In this document: positions 39,121-52,847 of the stretch, one piece after another | Numbering within the stretch: position 1 is the first letter of the stretch | Layout of the letters: every line of letters begins with the position of its first letter | Notes under the pieces: model-generated | Seen by the model: only the letters and a program-made list of their open reading frames with translations | Databases searched by the model: none | Told to the model about the DNA's origin: nothing | DNA from: the human T2T-CHM13v2.0 reference genome, Homo sapiens | DNA: 64,000 bases | Direction: 5' to 3' (one strand) | Assembly (NCBI RefSeq): GCF_009914755.1 | Contig: NC_060935.1 | Position numbers and translations under genes: made by a program

Positions 39121-40986
39121 GAGCAGGTATGCATTATGAATGTTCAGACAGGTGGTGACACAGAAAGGAGCATTCTACAAACTTGGCCACGTCACTCTTC
39201 TTATTTTATAGAGCATCTCACTGCATAGGGTTCCAAGGAACATGCATTGAGAAATAGTGGCTTGTGTCACTGAGCTTTGCTAACCTGAGGCATCCATTTC
39301 CATGGTAGGCGTTTGTTTTCTTAAAATAACCAGATATTCCAGTCAGAGCACCCATCTCCCAGTAAGCCAAAACATCCTACTACTAACGAGTGCTTTACCT
39401 AAAGAAGAGCCAAACTTACTTGAGTCAGGTTTTTACATTCATTTATTCCAGCTACAAAGTGTCCTGCCATCATGGCCCCCTGACCCTACAGTGGTGACAT
39501 AGACCGGGCTTTGGAGTTGCTGTATGTCCTCATCCCTTCATCTTGCCCAGGTTGGGTTACTTCTGCAGAAGACTGGTTTTATTCACTATATCCTGATACT
39601 TTCTAATTGTATTTCCAAAGGATAATCTTGTTCTCAAGGTCTAGGGATATGCTATCCCATGCTAACACTCTGGCTATAAATTTAAGAATGATAAAATTAC
39701 ATCAGTGGCTCGGTCTCCAAATTCTATCTTTGATAACCAAAATTCCAAGGGCAGTGGTTTGGACGCTTGATTATTAATGTCAAATGTTGATGCAAACCCC
39801 CCACATGCCAGGTTTGTTTTGTTTTTCTGTTAGAACTCTGCCTAAAAACTATTTTGAAGCTATCTAGGTTCAGCACCCCTGGGGGGTAGCAAATACTAAA
39901 GCTTGGACAACATTCCATGAAGTTTGCTGGTAAAGGAGCTATGGAAGTTGGCAAAGAAAATCTGAGATTTTTTTTTGCTCCACTGGCATGAAGGAATCAG
40001 AGCAAATCTTCCATGACAGCTTCATAGAGGCTCACTTTGCTTCTTCCCCTTAGCTCATCTCATAACTGACATGGTGGCCAAGAACTTAATCCACATTTCA
40101 CCCTGTGAAATTCCCCACTGGTCTAGAGTCCAGGAGAGGAGCATAGTCTCCAGGACTTGCTTTTTTTCCTCCATCTGTGTCTACACAGATAATCAGTATT
40201 CAGTTGTTAAAGAATAATCCAGAAAATGACTTTATATTTTTCTCTATTCTCCTCTGTCTCTTCACTGCCTAAGACTAGTAAAACCAATAAATTATTTCTT
40301 ACCTCAGATCCTTTCATGAACATGGTACAGGATGTATGGATGCAAGAAAGATAAATATTTCTATCTTTCAGAAAGCAGTAAATAAGTTTAACTTTTTCTT
40401 TTATTAAGCCTAACTAAAATTCTTTATATGTACCAATTTATAGTACAAGAAAAACAGAATTTAGTGAGTTTAACAAGCATTAAATGGTCATTTCTATAGC
40501 ATTAAAAGCAAAAATCCCCAAGGCCAGCAACATCTGGGTATAGGTTTGCAAACATCTTGTTTTGGGTCACCTTTATGGGATACTGAGGACATTCATCTGA
40601 AAAGCACCCCAGTAGAACAAGCATGTGAAATAGAAACATCTCAATACTTTAGAAAGGCATAAAGTTTGTTTACTTGTGAGGGACCCCATATTTTGAGAAT
40701 AAGGCCTTAAGGCAAGAAAGACATTTGATGTTTAAAGAAACACACACATGAATACATACACACAAGCATTCTTAGATAATCTTAAAAGCAGTTTCTTCAC
40801 ATTGGAAATCTATCAAATCAGTAAACTGAGACCTAGAAAGAAAGCTGTGTGTCATAGAAAACAGTGGGCAGGGGGGGAAAGAAACAGCAACATCCCCATT
40901 GTCAGAAGACTCTTAGGATTTGTGTGTCTAATGTATCTTCTCTCTCCTCATTCAGCTCTTCCACTTTTTTCTTTCCTATCATGCAG

Positions 40987-41055
40987 TGCATCATCCAAGG
41001 ACTCATCTCAAAGCAAAATCATCCGCTTCACTCTGGGTCAGAAAAAGATCTCTAG
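40987..41055 (+). CDS. NAV2: NAV2 alternative cassette exon (69 nt): (S)ASSKDSSQSKIIRFTLGQKKIS
   Basis: Long CU-rich tract 40936-40980 then cag (40984-40986); donor AG|gttaga at 41056. Symmetric phase 2-2 and in frame between exons 36820 and 49125. The peptide matches my recollection of the long NAV2 isoform insert. Confidence 0.85.
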   Translation, partial: CIIQGLISKQNHPLHSGSEKDL

Positions 41056-41341
41056 GTTAGACTTTCTCTGTGTCCTGCAAAGCATGGTTTAATCCCAACC
41101 CACTGTTCCATTGTTCCCTCTGTTCTGGCTGAGTTTGCCTTTGGTCCTCTCCTCGTTTCATGTTTGCAGTTCGAGAAAACTAAATGTGCTTTGGCTAATG
41201 GTCCCATGGTGCAGAGCTTTGAAAGTGGCCATGGGATTGTTGCAAGTGTGTGTGGGGGAAGTGACAGAGTGCAAGTGAGATTGAGGTGTACATGACGTTT
41301 CGCATTTTCTTGACTTTTGGCTTTGACTGCTTTGTCATCAG

Positions 41342-41364
41342 ACTCCATTCTGATTTAGGTAAAG
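41342..41364 (+). other. Candidate 23-nt microexon (hypothetical)
   Basis: AG-free U-rich zone 41286-41339, branch-like ttgAc (A41313), TGC at 41328-41330, cag acceptor ending 41341, near-consensus donor AAG|gtgagt at 41365. Confidence 0.4.
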
Positions 41365-41473
41365 GTGAGTTTCTACATAGTTTTTATAGTGGTTTTATGA
41401 TGAGTTTGCTTCCTGCTTCGTCCTGGCCCTAATCCCACCTCACCTGCATCTCATTTATGTGTCTTGTGCTTTG

Positions 41474-41495
41474 TGTTGTTGTTGTTGTTGTTGTT
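41474..41495 (+). repeat. (GTT)n microsatellite
   Basis: Direct read. Confidence 0.9.
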
Positions 41496-41799
41496 AAAAT
41501 TACTAATGTGGGTTTGGTTTTCCCTTGAGTTATAAAGACTTGAGCATGAATCCATATTGGGCAGAGGAGACAAAACAGCAAGGCAGCTATGTCTCGTCTT
41601 TGTTTCTGGATGCTCTTAGGTGCCATGGAGACCGCCTCAGTTCCCTGAAAATAAAAAACAGGCTTGCTCACAAGCTAGTTCTCTTAATTCAGACTTCAAC
41701 CTGTCTGCTGCCTCCTATGAGGACCCATCCTATGGTATGGGAAAAGCCAGTTATATCACGTTGCATCATTGCTTCTACTGTTATTTTCAAGGTATCAAC

Positions 41800-42030
41800 A
41801 GCTAACATTTATTGAACGCACCAGTTCAAATGTGTCATCTTATATCATCCTCATGCCAGGCTTCATGAGGTAGGTCATATTATTGTCTCCATTTCACAGA
41901 TGAGGAAACTAAAATTTAGGAAGTTACATCATTGTGCCTAAGGCCACACACATAAAAAACGGACGAACCAGGATTTGAACACAGGTGGTCTAACTCAGAA
42001 CCTTCACTATAACCACAGTGCTACACTCTC
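41800..42030 (-). mobile_element. MIR
   Basis: ccatttcacagatgaggaaactaaa...aaggccacaca...ggatttgaacacagg. Confidence 0.75.
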
Positions 42031-42596
42031 TTCCCTCTCCTTCAATTCTGGTATCTCTGTGGTTGTTGAGGCTGCTTTTTAAAATCTTACGTTTCAACCA
42101 CTACTCTTGGCTTTTTCTCTCACACTGCCCTTGTGGCATCCTAACAGAAATTGCTGCTGGGGTAGAATCTCCTTATTATGACTGGTATTTATTTTTCATT
42201 GAATTCTTATTGAATTCTTATTCTTATATTTCATTGAATTCCATATTCTTATTGAGTATTGAGTCACCCTATTCTTGGTTCACAGTATGAATTTACTCTT
42301 GTTTAAATTAATGAACTATTAAACAAATTTGCAAGTGCATCATTTTAGTATACATATCTATAGGGTTAGGAGGATATTTTATTTGCTTTTTGGCTTTGTA
42401 TAATTCTTACCTAAATGATTGCAGAGATATCCAAGTGAAGTGTACTTCTACAATTTCAATACATATTCTTATTGAGTATGGAAAGGGAAATCCATACTCA
42501 TGTCTGTCTTCATTTATCACAAATACATACAAAATAACTGCTCACTTGCTACCCCAGTGTGTTAGCCTCTAGGTGCCTTTCCTAGCCAGAGTTTAC

Positions 42597-42970
42597 TTTT
42601 CTTTTTTTAGACAGGGTCTTGCTCACTCTGTTACCCAGGCTGGAGTGCAGATGCACTTTGAAAATGTTCATCTCAGACTCTTGTGTATTGATTTTTGTCC
42701 AGTTCTGATACTTTAACCTAGACTCATGGCGCTATCATGGCGCTATCATGGCTCCCTGAGGCCTTGATTTCCTGGGCTCAAGCAATCCTCCCACATAGCT
42801 AGGACTACAGGCACATGCCTCCATACCCAGCTAATTTTTTTTTTTTTTTTAAAGGTGGGGTCTCTCAATGTTACCTAGGCTGGTCTCCAACTCCTGGGCT
42901 CAAGCAATCCTCCCGCCTTGGCCTCCCAGGGCGCTGGGATTACAGGTGTGAGCCACTGAGCTGCCGAACC
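42597..42970 (-). mobile_element. AluJ carrying a 76-nt non-Alu insert
   Basis: J-type gacagggtct and ctcctgggctcaagcaatcctccc; interrupted at 42651-42726. Confidence 0.88.
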
Positions 42971-45900
42971 TAGAGTTTGGTTTTCTGAAGTGCTTACACT
43001 TGGGGAGACCCAGGTCAGGCTCTGCCTGGCTGGCGAGGGGAGAAACCGTATGGCAGTGTGCTTCTCCATAGAGCAAGTCCACACGTTACCCAGACTCGGT
43101 GGAGGAGGACAATAGGGAACCCAAGTTTGTCACCGCTTCTGGTAGCCATGCAGAAAGTGGCTGCTTTCCCTAACAACACCAGGCCCAAGTCAGAGTGGAA
43201 ACCCACTGCTCTGGCAAACTGGTCCCTTCTCAGTTAGGTTGAATGTCACACAAATGCACATACATAGGAAAGGAAAGGGGAGGGATGAGCTGGGAGGAAA
43301 CCTGAAATTTAGTGCCTGTTCCCACGATGTGCTCAGTCCTGCAAGATAAAGAAAACAGGACCTAGCTGGGGAAATATCTAATTGGAAGCACATGCCCATC
43401 CCGTGAATGATTTGTTATCAGTCCCAGATGATGGAAGAAGGCAGGGGGAAGAGAGGAAGCACTGGAAGATGAGGGCGTGTCAACCCTGTCCTGAGGCTGG
43501 GCTGGGCACAGTGCTTCTGGGTTTACCCTAAGCCAAGATCTGGCTTTCCCTTAGTGTCATATCCCCTACTTAGAGTTTCTTTGAGATACGCTTTTGTCTC
43601 TGCTGAGGCCAATGAAGGGATGCTTCTTTGTTTCAAATGAAGCCTTTGAAGGCTCTTCCTTGCCTTCTCTACACCCCGCTTTCCCCACCCCCAGCCTTGA
43701 GCAGGATCCTGTGAAGAATTTTAGCTGATCAAGCACCACTAAGCACAGCAGTAAAGTTTGGTTGCCAAAAGAAGCAGTCCTACCCCTTCTGGCAGAGTAG
43801 GCCACCTCCCCTGGAGCTCTGGAAATAGGTCTCTTGTTGGAGACCAAGCATTGGTGGAACACCTGCCAGAACGCAACACTTTGATGGGCACCAGGGGTAT
43901 TGAGAAGAATGGGAAGCCTCACCCTTGAATCTGGATGTGGGGAGGGGCGTATGGAGGGAATTGATATAAGGGTGAAAGCTCTCCATGGACTTCTGCCTTT
44001 GACCACTCTTATTGCCTCCCGGCCTCCCTGGTGAGCCCAGGGAGGCTTATTTTACCTGCAGGAAGCAGAGAAGCATAGTGGATATGAGGTGCAGTTAAAC
44101 CTAAGCGAAGGCCCATCCTTACCACTTACTGATGGTGTTACCTGGGCAAATGATTTGATCTCTATGAGCCTGGGTTTCCTTATTGGTCAAATGGGGTAGT
44201 CTTGCCTTGCTCACAGCATTGTGAGGCTTAAAAAAGTCATTTAATGAATAATTATAAATATAAATTAATAAAGTCTTTCCTTAGTCCTGACATATAATCA
44301 GTTCAGATATGGCAGTGTTGGTATTTTGGGTTCATCTGGGTCAGGTAAGGCAACCAGGCTGCCTCTAGAAAGTCCCACAGAATTGATCTGTATGCAACTA
44401 TCTTGTGGAAAAGAGGCAGTGGGGTTAGTAGTTTGGTCCTCTCTGCCCAGCTGCTGGGCTGAAAAGCAGATGCCATGGAAATGAGAGATTTAGTATGTAA
44501 TCATCTCGCCTGGCAAAAAGCATCTCTGATTATGACCGCCCCCCGCCAAACCCCAGCATGTGCACACAAGCTGCCATGCTTCCTGGGAGGGGGCATCCTC
44601 TGCTCCCAGCCTCTGAAGTGGTTTTGGGGGAAAGAACTGTTTTTTTTTTTTTGCCATCAGCACGTACATCGCGTGGAACAGAGGAGCCGGGATGCACTCG
44701 TAGGTTATGTGCTGGGAATGACAGTTTTACTGCTCTGCTTAATTGGCTCTGCACACGTTGGAGAAATTGACCATGGCTCTAACAGCAGCAGGATTGTTCC
44801 CCCACCGCTTACACCACTTCCCTTAAGCTTAATATTTTAAAAACTCAACATGTATATGTTTCAAAGGACCCGTCTGTGTTCTCTGTTATTTGTAATTGTG
44901 TTTGGACATACAGTGATTATGAGAGGTCAAGTTCCTCTTGGGAAGGAGCTATTGGGACTTTCTGGTGCTGTAAGGGATGCAGGGTTGACCTGCCACGCTC
45001 CCCTCTCACCACGCTGCCTCAGTGAGGCAGGCCCAGTAGGCAGCATCCGTTGTGATACCTGCAGCTGTTCCACAGGAGCCAAGACCTAGCTCTTCAGCAA
45101 ACAGGGATTCTAATGCTCCAGATGGCAGATGCTTCCAGACTGGAGGTTGATAGACATTCCCATGATACACAAGGATGTTACCAATAATGAATCTCAAAAT
45201 GTTAGCCAGAGGCCTCGGCTCTGTACCACTGGTAAACTGGAAGATATTCTGCTTTTCACCTCTACCTGTGCTCTCAGCCTCCTTAATTAACACCACATCC
45301 CTGGAGGGCAGGACCAAGTCCAAGCTCCATAGTGTAGCATACAAAGTCTTCCCTTCCCTGCCCTGCTTTCTTCTCTAGCCTCGTTTCCTCCCACTCTGTC
45401 CCCCGAGTCCCAGCACACACCAGCTCTTTCTTTCCCCTGTACTTTCTACAGGCTTTGCTTCAGAGTGGCATGCTCTGCCCCCTGCTTTCCCATCCCCTAC
45501 TCACATTCCCATTCAGCGTGCCAGACTTGCTCTGGGGTCTTTTACACACTACCTTTCCTGATCATCTCACCAACCTCCGAGATCTTCATTTCCTTCTCTG
45601 AATACCTTCTGAACTTCACGTATTTTACCAATACATCTGTAATCTAGATGTCAGCTGGGGTCGACAAGCCCCTTGAGATCCGGGTAAGATTGAGCATTCT
45701 AGCTCTGCCTCTTTCAGTTTGTAGAAAGTCCAGTGGCCTCCCAGGTTTGCTTGGGTGTCTCAGGTTCTTGTGGTCACCTTTGGCTTTGAAATCCTGCACT
45801 TGAACCCCAGTACTTAAAAGTTCAGTCTGAATTAGTTCAGTTTGTGGATGGACTCATCATCCCAAGAGATGTTTTGGTTCCCTCCTGGGTGAGTCCGGGC

Positions 45901-46574
45901 TTAGCTTTTTTTCTTTCTTCCCACTTACCACACAGTCATTATGGCCTTTGTTTGTGAACCAAATTTTGCTGAAAATGTCAGACGGAGGAGGCTTACTTTG
46001 GAGCAAGCAACGATCTGAGCCCATTTACAACAGAACCTAAGTGTTAAACTACAGAGTCAACATAGATTCTCTCTGAATGGTGGGAAAAAGTACATGATCT
46101 CCATCCAGTTTTCTGATTTGATCAAGTTCAGGGAGCTGTCCTGACTAGAGTGTAGAGGCGATAGTGGTCAAGCGTGGACAGGAGCTGGCTTGAGCTTTTT
46201 GGTGGCTTTTGACGGCTATATGCAAACCATTCGCCCTTTGCCATGTCCACTATCCTCACAGTCCTCAAGAACTCCTTCTCCATGTCCCAAAAGGCTTGGC
46301 ACAATGCTGCAGCCATTTGAACGATGTGCTGCTCCCATCAAAAGAGTAGCTAGCCACTGACTCAGTGAAAAGAATCTGACCATGACAACCCAAGGAAAAC
46401 CCAGAACTATCTTAGTTAATCCCAAACCACGGATGTTTCATTCCAGAGAGTGGAGCCCACAGATACCCCAAGTATAAGATCTCAGTCAGCCACAGATACT
46501 TGGATTGAGTAGTTTCTCTTCTGGAATGTTCCTAGGGAGATGATGAGCCCTGCTCGCCGAAGCCTATCTTGCCT

Positions 46575-46650
46575 CTTTGAAAATGTTCATCTCAGACTTT
46601 TGTGTATTGATTTTTGTCCAGTTCTCTCTGATACTTTAACCTAGACTCAT
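46575..46650 (+). repeat. Presumed donor of the insert inside the AluJ at 42656-42727
   Basis: Identical except one substitution and a 4-nt ctct indel. Confidence 0.9.
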
Positions 46651-48641
46651 CTATTTTCTTGATTTATCCAAGTATTTCTTGTGCCATAGCATGTTTCTTT
46701 TATGCCAGTGTCCAATCCCTTCATGAACCCGTGTTCACTGGAGAAGACGAGAAAGGAAACTAACATACGGTGGCTGGACATTAAGCCATTTCAGATTTAC
46801 AGCTATACCCAATGGTATAACTGTTAACTATTGGGTATAACTGTAAATCATTATTCATCATTATTCCAAAGTTACAGGTAAGGAATTTGAATCTCAGAGA
46901 AGTTATGAGACTGCTCCAATGTCTTGTGTATGGAAAAACCTGTATTCTATCCATTACACCATGCTGCCTCACAGAGGACCAGACTGCCTACCTGATTTAA
47001 GGTTGTGTCTTTCCCATCCTATGCTTTGATTGCTTGCCTCTATAAAGTCCTTATCCTGTCCTAAAAATCTGCTGTGGTTCAGCCTAGGGTCAGCACAGCA
47101 GGGGCTCTCCAGCAACTCTGAAAGAATGCATCTTTTCCCTCTTCATTGCTTTTTGCTTCCCTTCTCTTTGCAAATTCCACACTGTGGTAGAATACTGTGA
47201 CCTGCGTTCCCCTACACCACTTAATACCATTGCTCTGACATCATCTTGGAACAAGTCCATAATCCTTTTCTAGGCCTATCTGTGGGCATAATGATTCCCA
47301 AAGACTCTGTCTGGTTTAAAAAGTCCAGCCCAAGGGAGGCCCAGATCTTCACCTGCAGAAGCTCTTCCATTGGATGTGAGTAATCAGATAACACTGACTT
47401 GAAGGACTTGCAGAACATTGTTTGCATTGGAAGCAGAACCAAGAGGTACTAAGATCCCACTGCTGGACCTCCTTGGCCAGATGTGCTAGCCACATCTGGT
47501 CCCCAAACACAGGCACTGGCACTGCTAGTATTTTGTACTCCGTTCTGTGCCTGTCTTTGTGGAGTGAATGTCCTCTCCAAAGGAGATGAGGTAAATTAAC
47601 CAAGGGACAAATCCTCGCAGCACAGTGGGAAGTAATTCTCACTGCAACTTGTTGGGGGAAGAGCTAACCCCCTTCCTTCTCTCCCAGCTCCCAGTCAGGG
47701 AATTGGGCCAGCTTCTTTTTAACTATATAATTTTTACAGTCCCCTCACACCAGCTCATGTTCTCTGTTTACTCTACAACCATCTTTCTTGCCCAGCCAAC
47801 AAGAAAAGTTTAAAGTGATTGCCTGCTTATATCTAAAATGCTTCCAGACTGTAGACTTCTTTGGTGCTTACAGATTTGCATGGAAAGAGAAGGCTGAAAG
47901 TTTTATGACTTGAAAATTCAGACTTATCACTAGATCTAATGCTAGTCAGCTGAGGTTCCAGTGGCTTTTAAACACAGCTAAGTGGATTTCAAGCTGAAAG
48001 ATATAACTAAACATTTCATCATTTATTCATCTTTCAACTTTAATTATTGGAAACAGCCTGCTTAGTAATTCCCTGGACCAAAATCCTGATTTGAGGAGTC
48101 TTACCATTAACTCTTTGGTGAATGGGCCATAATATCTTTAGACACATTATGGATGGTGACTTTATTTCCCAAGCCACCCAAAATGAGGTGTTTTATTTAA
48201 AGGGAGAGTGTGTGTTTGTCTTTAGGCCAACAAATTCCTGCCAGTTTTACAGGAAGAATATATGATGTTATCCATCTACTGTGCAGATAGGTTGTACTTC
48301 AGCCTCAAAATAATGCCTTTGGAGACAGGTCATCAGGTGTTGAAGGGAAATGTATGTGTGGGCAAGTGTTTCCAACCAACCTGAAGTTTTCATTGCAAAT
48401 ATGTTGGATTCTGAGTGGTAGTAATTCACCTTCTCACCACTATAAATTGTCCTTTTCTTGATACTTACAACCCCAGATTATGGCAAACAGTTTTTATACC
48501 TATCAGAAGAGATGCACACACAAGGTTATCAGTTTAGAATCCTCTGAGGGCTTTATGTTCCATGCTTGATAAAATTAGAAATGACTGGCTTGACCCTATT
48601 CAAAAGTAAAAATACTTATCCCAGAGGGAAAAAAAAAATGA

Positions 48642-48974
<333 letters not shown>

Positions 48975-49124
48975 TAATGGTTCCACCAAATTCTGTGACT
49001 GGCAAACCTCCACACAATGTCTTGGATAGTTTCTTTTGCCTCCTGCATGGTTGCAGTTCCTTCTTCCTACACACTGTTATTCTTCTGAGACTGAATGCAT
49101 TATCCTGTTGCTTTTGCATTTTAG

Positions 49125-49285
49125 ACTTCCAGGTCCTACCGCGAGGGTATCCGCTGCAGGCAGCGAGGCCAAAACACGCGGAGGGTCAACTACTGCTAAC
49201 AACCGACGCAGCCAGAGCTTTAACAACTATGATAAATCCAAACCAGTCACCTCCCCACCCCCACCGCCAAGCAGCCACGAGAAAG
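49125..49285 (+). CDS. NAV2: NAV2 coding exon (161 nt): RLPGPTARVSAAGSEAKTRGGSTTANNRRSQSFNNYDKSKPVTSPPPPPSSHEK
   Basis: Acceptor cttttgcattttag ends at 49124 and donor AAAG|gtgagt starts at 49286. Phase 2 in, phase 1 out. Locally CpG-rich. Contains the navigator-like SRLPGP and RRSQSF motifs. Confidence 0.95.
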
Positions 49286-51367
49286 GTGAGTCACCTTCTT
49301 GAGGAGCCTTTTTGGTATTTTCCTTCAGAGCACATCTACCTAGTTCCTTCGGGTGAATTGGGTTGGGTCATGGGGAGGGGTTGCATCTGTGTTGAGAATG
49401 AGTTACAAGGACATATTTGGTAGGCAGGAACTTTAGTAGCCAGAGGTATTAATAAAGTGGGGGAAAATATTGTTATAGTCACTAGCAAAAATAATTTGCT
49501 ATCTTTGTTTGGGTGGGGCCCCATAGACACCCGGCTATGCATAGAAGCAATATAGCATTTGGAATTTGAAAATAAATTTTCATGGAATATGTTCCATATA
49601 TTAAGTAGTTTTTCAGAAATGCAAGCTTCTTGGAGCATGCATTTTGTGAACTGTGATAAGCTTTTTTATCCGTCAGAAATAATGTGAGGGGAGTTAGGAA
49701 CAAGAGGTTTTTCACCCTTTGAAAAAGTCAGGAATGTGGATTGGCTCATTGAAGATCTTGGCTACATATAAGGAGTGGACAGCATTGCTCTAGGAGTTGT
49801 GATGATGTAACTTTTGCCATAAAAGGATATGGATTTTTTTTTTTTTTTACTATACACAGTACTGAGTTTTTAGGATGGAGAAAAATAGTGAATAGTCCCA
49901 TGGGGGTCCTGCCCAGAATGTAGTAAAACAAACCTTTGCTTGTTTCAGCCTCTATCTCTTGAGACATTGGAGAAACTAAGGTAGTTTCAAAGATTATTCA
50001 AAAAGAGGCAGAGCCTTCCTTCATTCCTTCTAGGCAAAGTAGTCTAGACATCTTTAGGAAATATGTCCAGGTCTCCTGGAAGCATTTCCTACCTGGTGGT
50101 GTAGAAGATTCCTAGGGCTGTCTACGTGGTGTTTCTCTATTTCCCTGACGTCCAGGAAAGCTGCCCCCTCACTCCCTAAAGTGCCCCAGGGACATGGGCA
50201 GCCCTCCTACTGTGAATGAGCTGGGAACCGCCGCCATTTTCTCCTCTAACTCAGAGTCACTTGATGCAGTGGAACTGAGTTCCCCCAAGAGTTTGCTAAT
50301 CACTCTATCTTTTCCTCCCTACATATGAAGGAAATGTATACAGGGCTGACAGATGTGTATGGAGAAAGGTTTCCCAGCCAAGGCACTGGGAACTCTGCAA
50401 ATGGCACTAACGCCATCACCAGGATGTCTTAACCTATCAAGACTTTGTCATCCAGCCCTTAGTTTCTGCCTCAAGCAACCATTGTTACTCTTCTTCTCTC
50501 TCTCCTTTCCTGCTTCCTTGCCCTCTTCTCTCCCACTTTCCTTTTCTTCACCGTACCAGTGTGTTTTTTAAGTGTGCTTAGGTTACAAAAATAATATATG
50601 CTTGTAAAATGGTACAAGTATCAGATAAAAGTTCTCCTGCATATTCTCCTTAGAGTACAAATATACACCATTCTATATATATCCATCCATAACTTTCACA
50701 ATGCATATATGTGTATGTATATATGTATTTGTGTGTGTATATATATATGTAACAGAAAGTTTTGTGTTTTTACATTGATGTGTAAAAGCTAAACTTTATG
50801 AGTACCTACCATGTGTCTTATTTTACCCCTATTTTACGAAAGATGAAACTAAAGCAAAGAAAGTTTAAGTACTTGCTGAAGTCATATCAGGGATAGTGAG
50901 AGATGGAGTTGAATTTGAACCCAGGCACTTCGGTTTCAGAACCATGATTAATACCGTGCTTTCCCTGGAAGTGGGAAACAAATGCTTGAAGCTTCGCCTG
51001 TTGAGGGCTGGTTGACTGGCACAGGAGGAGAAAGTTGGGAAGGTGTTAGGAAAAGCCTGCGCTGGGCCTCTCCTCGCGGGCCAGTCTGCCCTTGCCCTAT
51101 ACTCATTTGGGGAGAAGCTATCATAAAAGAGTCTGAAAGATGGATGTGAGACTCAAGTCCAAAAAATTGAGAAAATAAAGATAAAAGTTCCTGGTGGATT
51201 TAACAGGTATAGAAGTATACTGTGTTCTACAGCTGCCTATGAGTGTGCCCGCCAATGCTAGGACAGTGACTGACCTGACCCTGCCCTGGGCAAAGGCTCC
51301 CATATCTGCTCTGAGCAGCCTGAGAACAACGAGGCCCCTTAAAGGACCATGGTGCAAATTCCAGTAG

Positions 51368-52062
<695 letters not shown>

Positions 52063-52847
52063 TGATTTTCAGTATGGTACCTGATCTTTACAAATATTCT
52101 GTGAGGTAAATACTGTTAACTCAATTTTACAGGCAGAGAGAATGAGATTAATAGAAATTAAGTAACTTGCCCTCGCTGGTAACTAAGCACTGGAATTGTA
52201 TCCAGGTTCCACTCGGGGATTCAAACTCTGGCTTCTTCCTGTCCTTGGGGAGGTCTGTTATGAGGATAAGGTACCTGTGAGAGTATTATGTGAGCTGTGA
52301 CGATGGAAAACTCCTGTGAGGATTCACAATGATAAAAATAACTGATGGTGGTCCCAGTCTGTAGAAGGGTGCATTTATTCTCTCTCCTACCCTGGGCTGT
52401 CCCAGGTTTTTTTTTATACTAACTTTTTCAACCATCCTGAGGTAAAAAGCCAGTGGAAGTTTACTTTCAGAAACTTCTGCATTTCCTTCACCTTTTTCCT
52501 TGGTTTCCCTTGAGTCTGACCTGTTGATTGCAGCTCCTGAGGTAGCCAGCCCACATGCAGAGTGAAATAACCACCCGGGTAAGACACAACAGGTACCTGG
52601 ATGAGGTCACCTCTTGTCCTTCACCTTGAGTTCTGTCTCGGGGAGGGACGCTCTTGTGAACAGATAAGCCACAGTTTGTTGTGGTGGGTGCTGTAGCTGA
52701 GGTGTGGACTGTTTTCAGGTGAGGTAAAGTCCGTGATGTAATCCCATCACCCCTGCTCCTTCACCGAAGCCTTCCTGTAAGTGAGTCAGACTCTGACTGT
52801 GTCAGGATCTGGCATTGCACTCTCAGGTGAGCCAATTCATAGACTAC

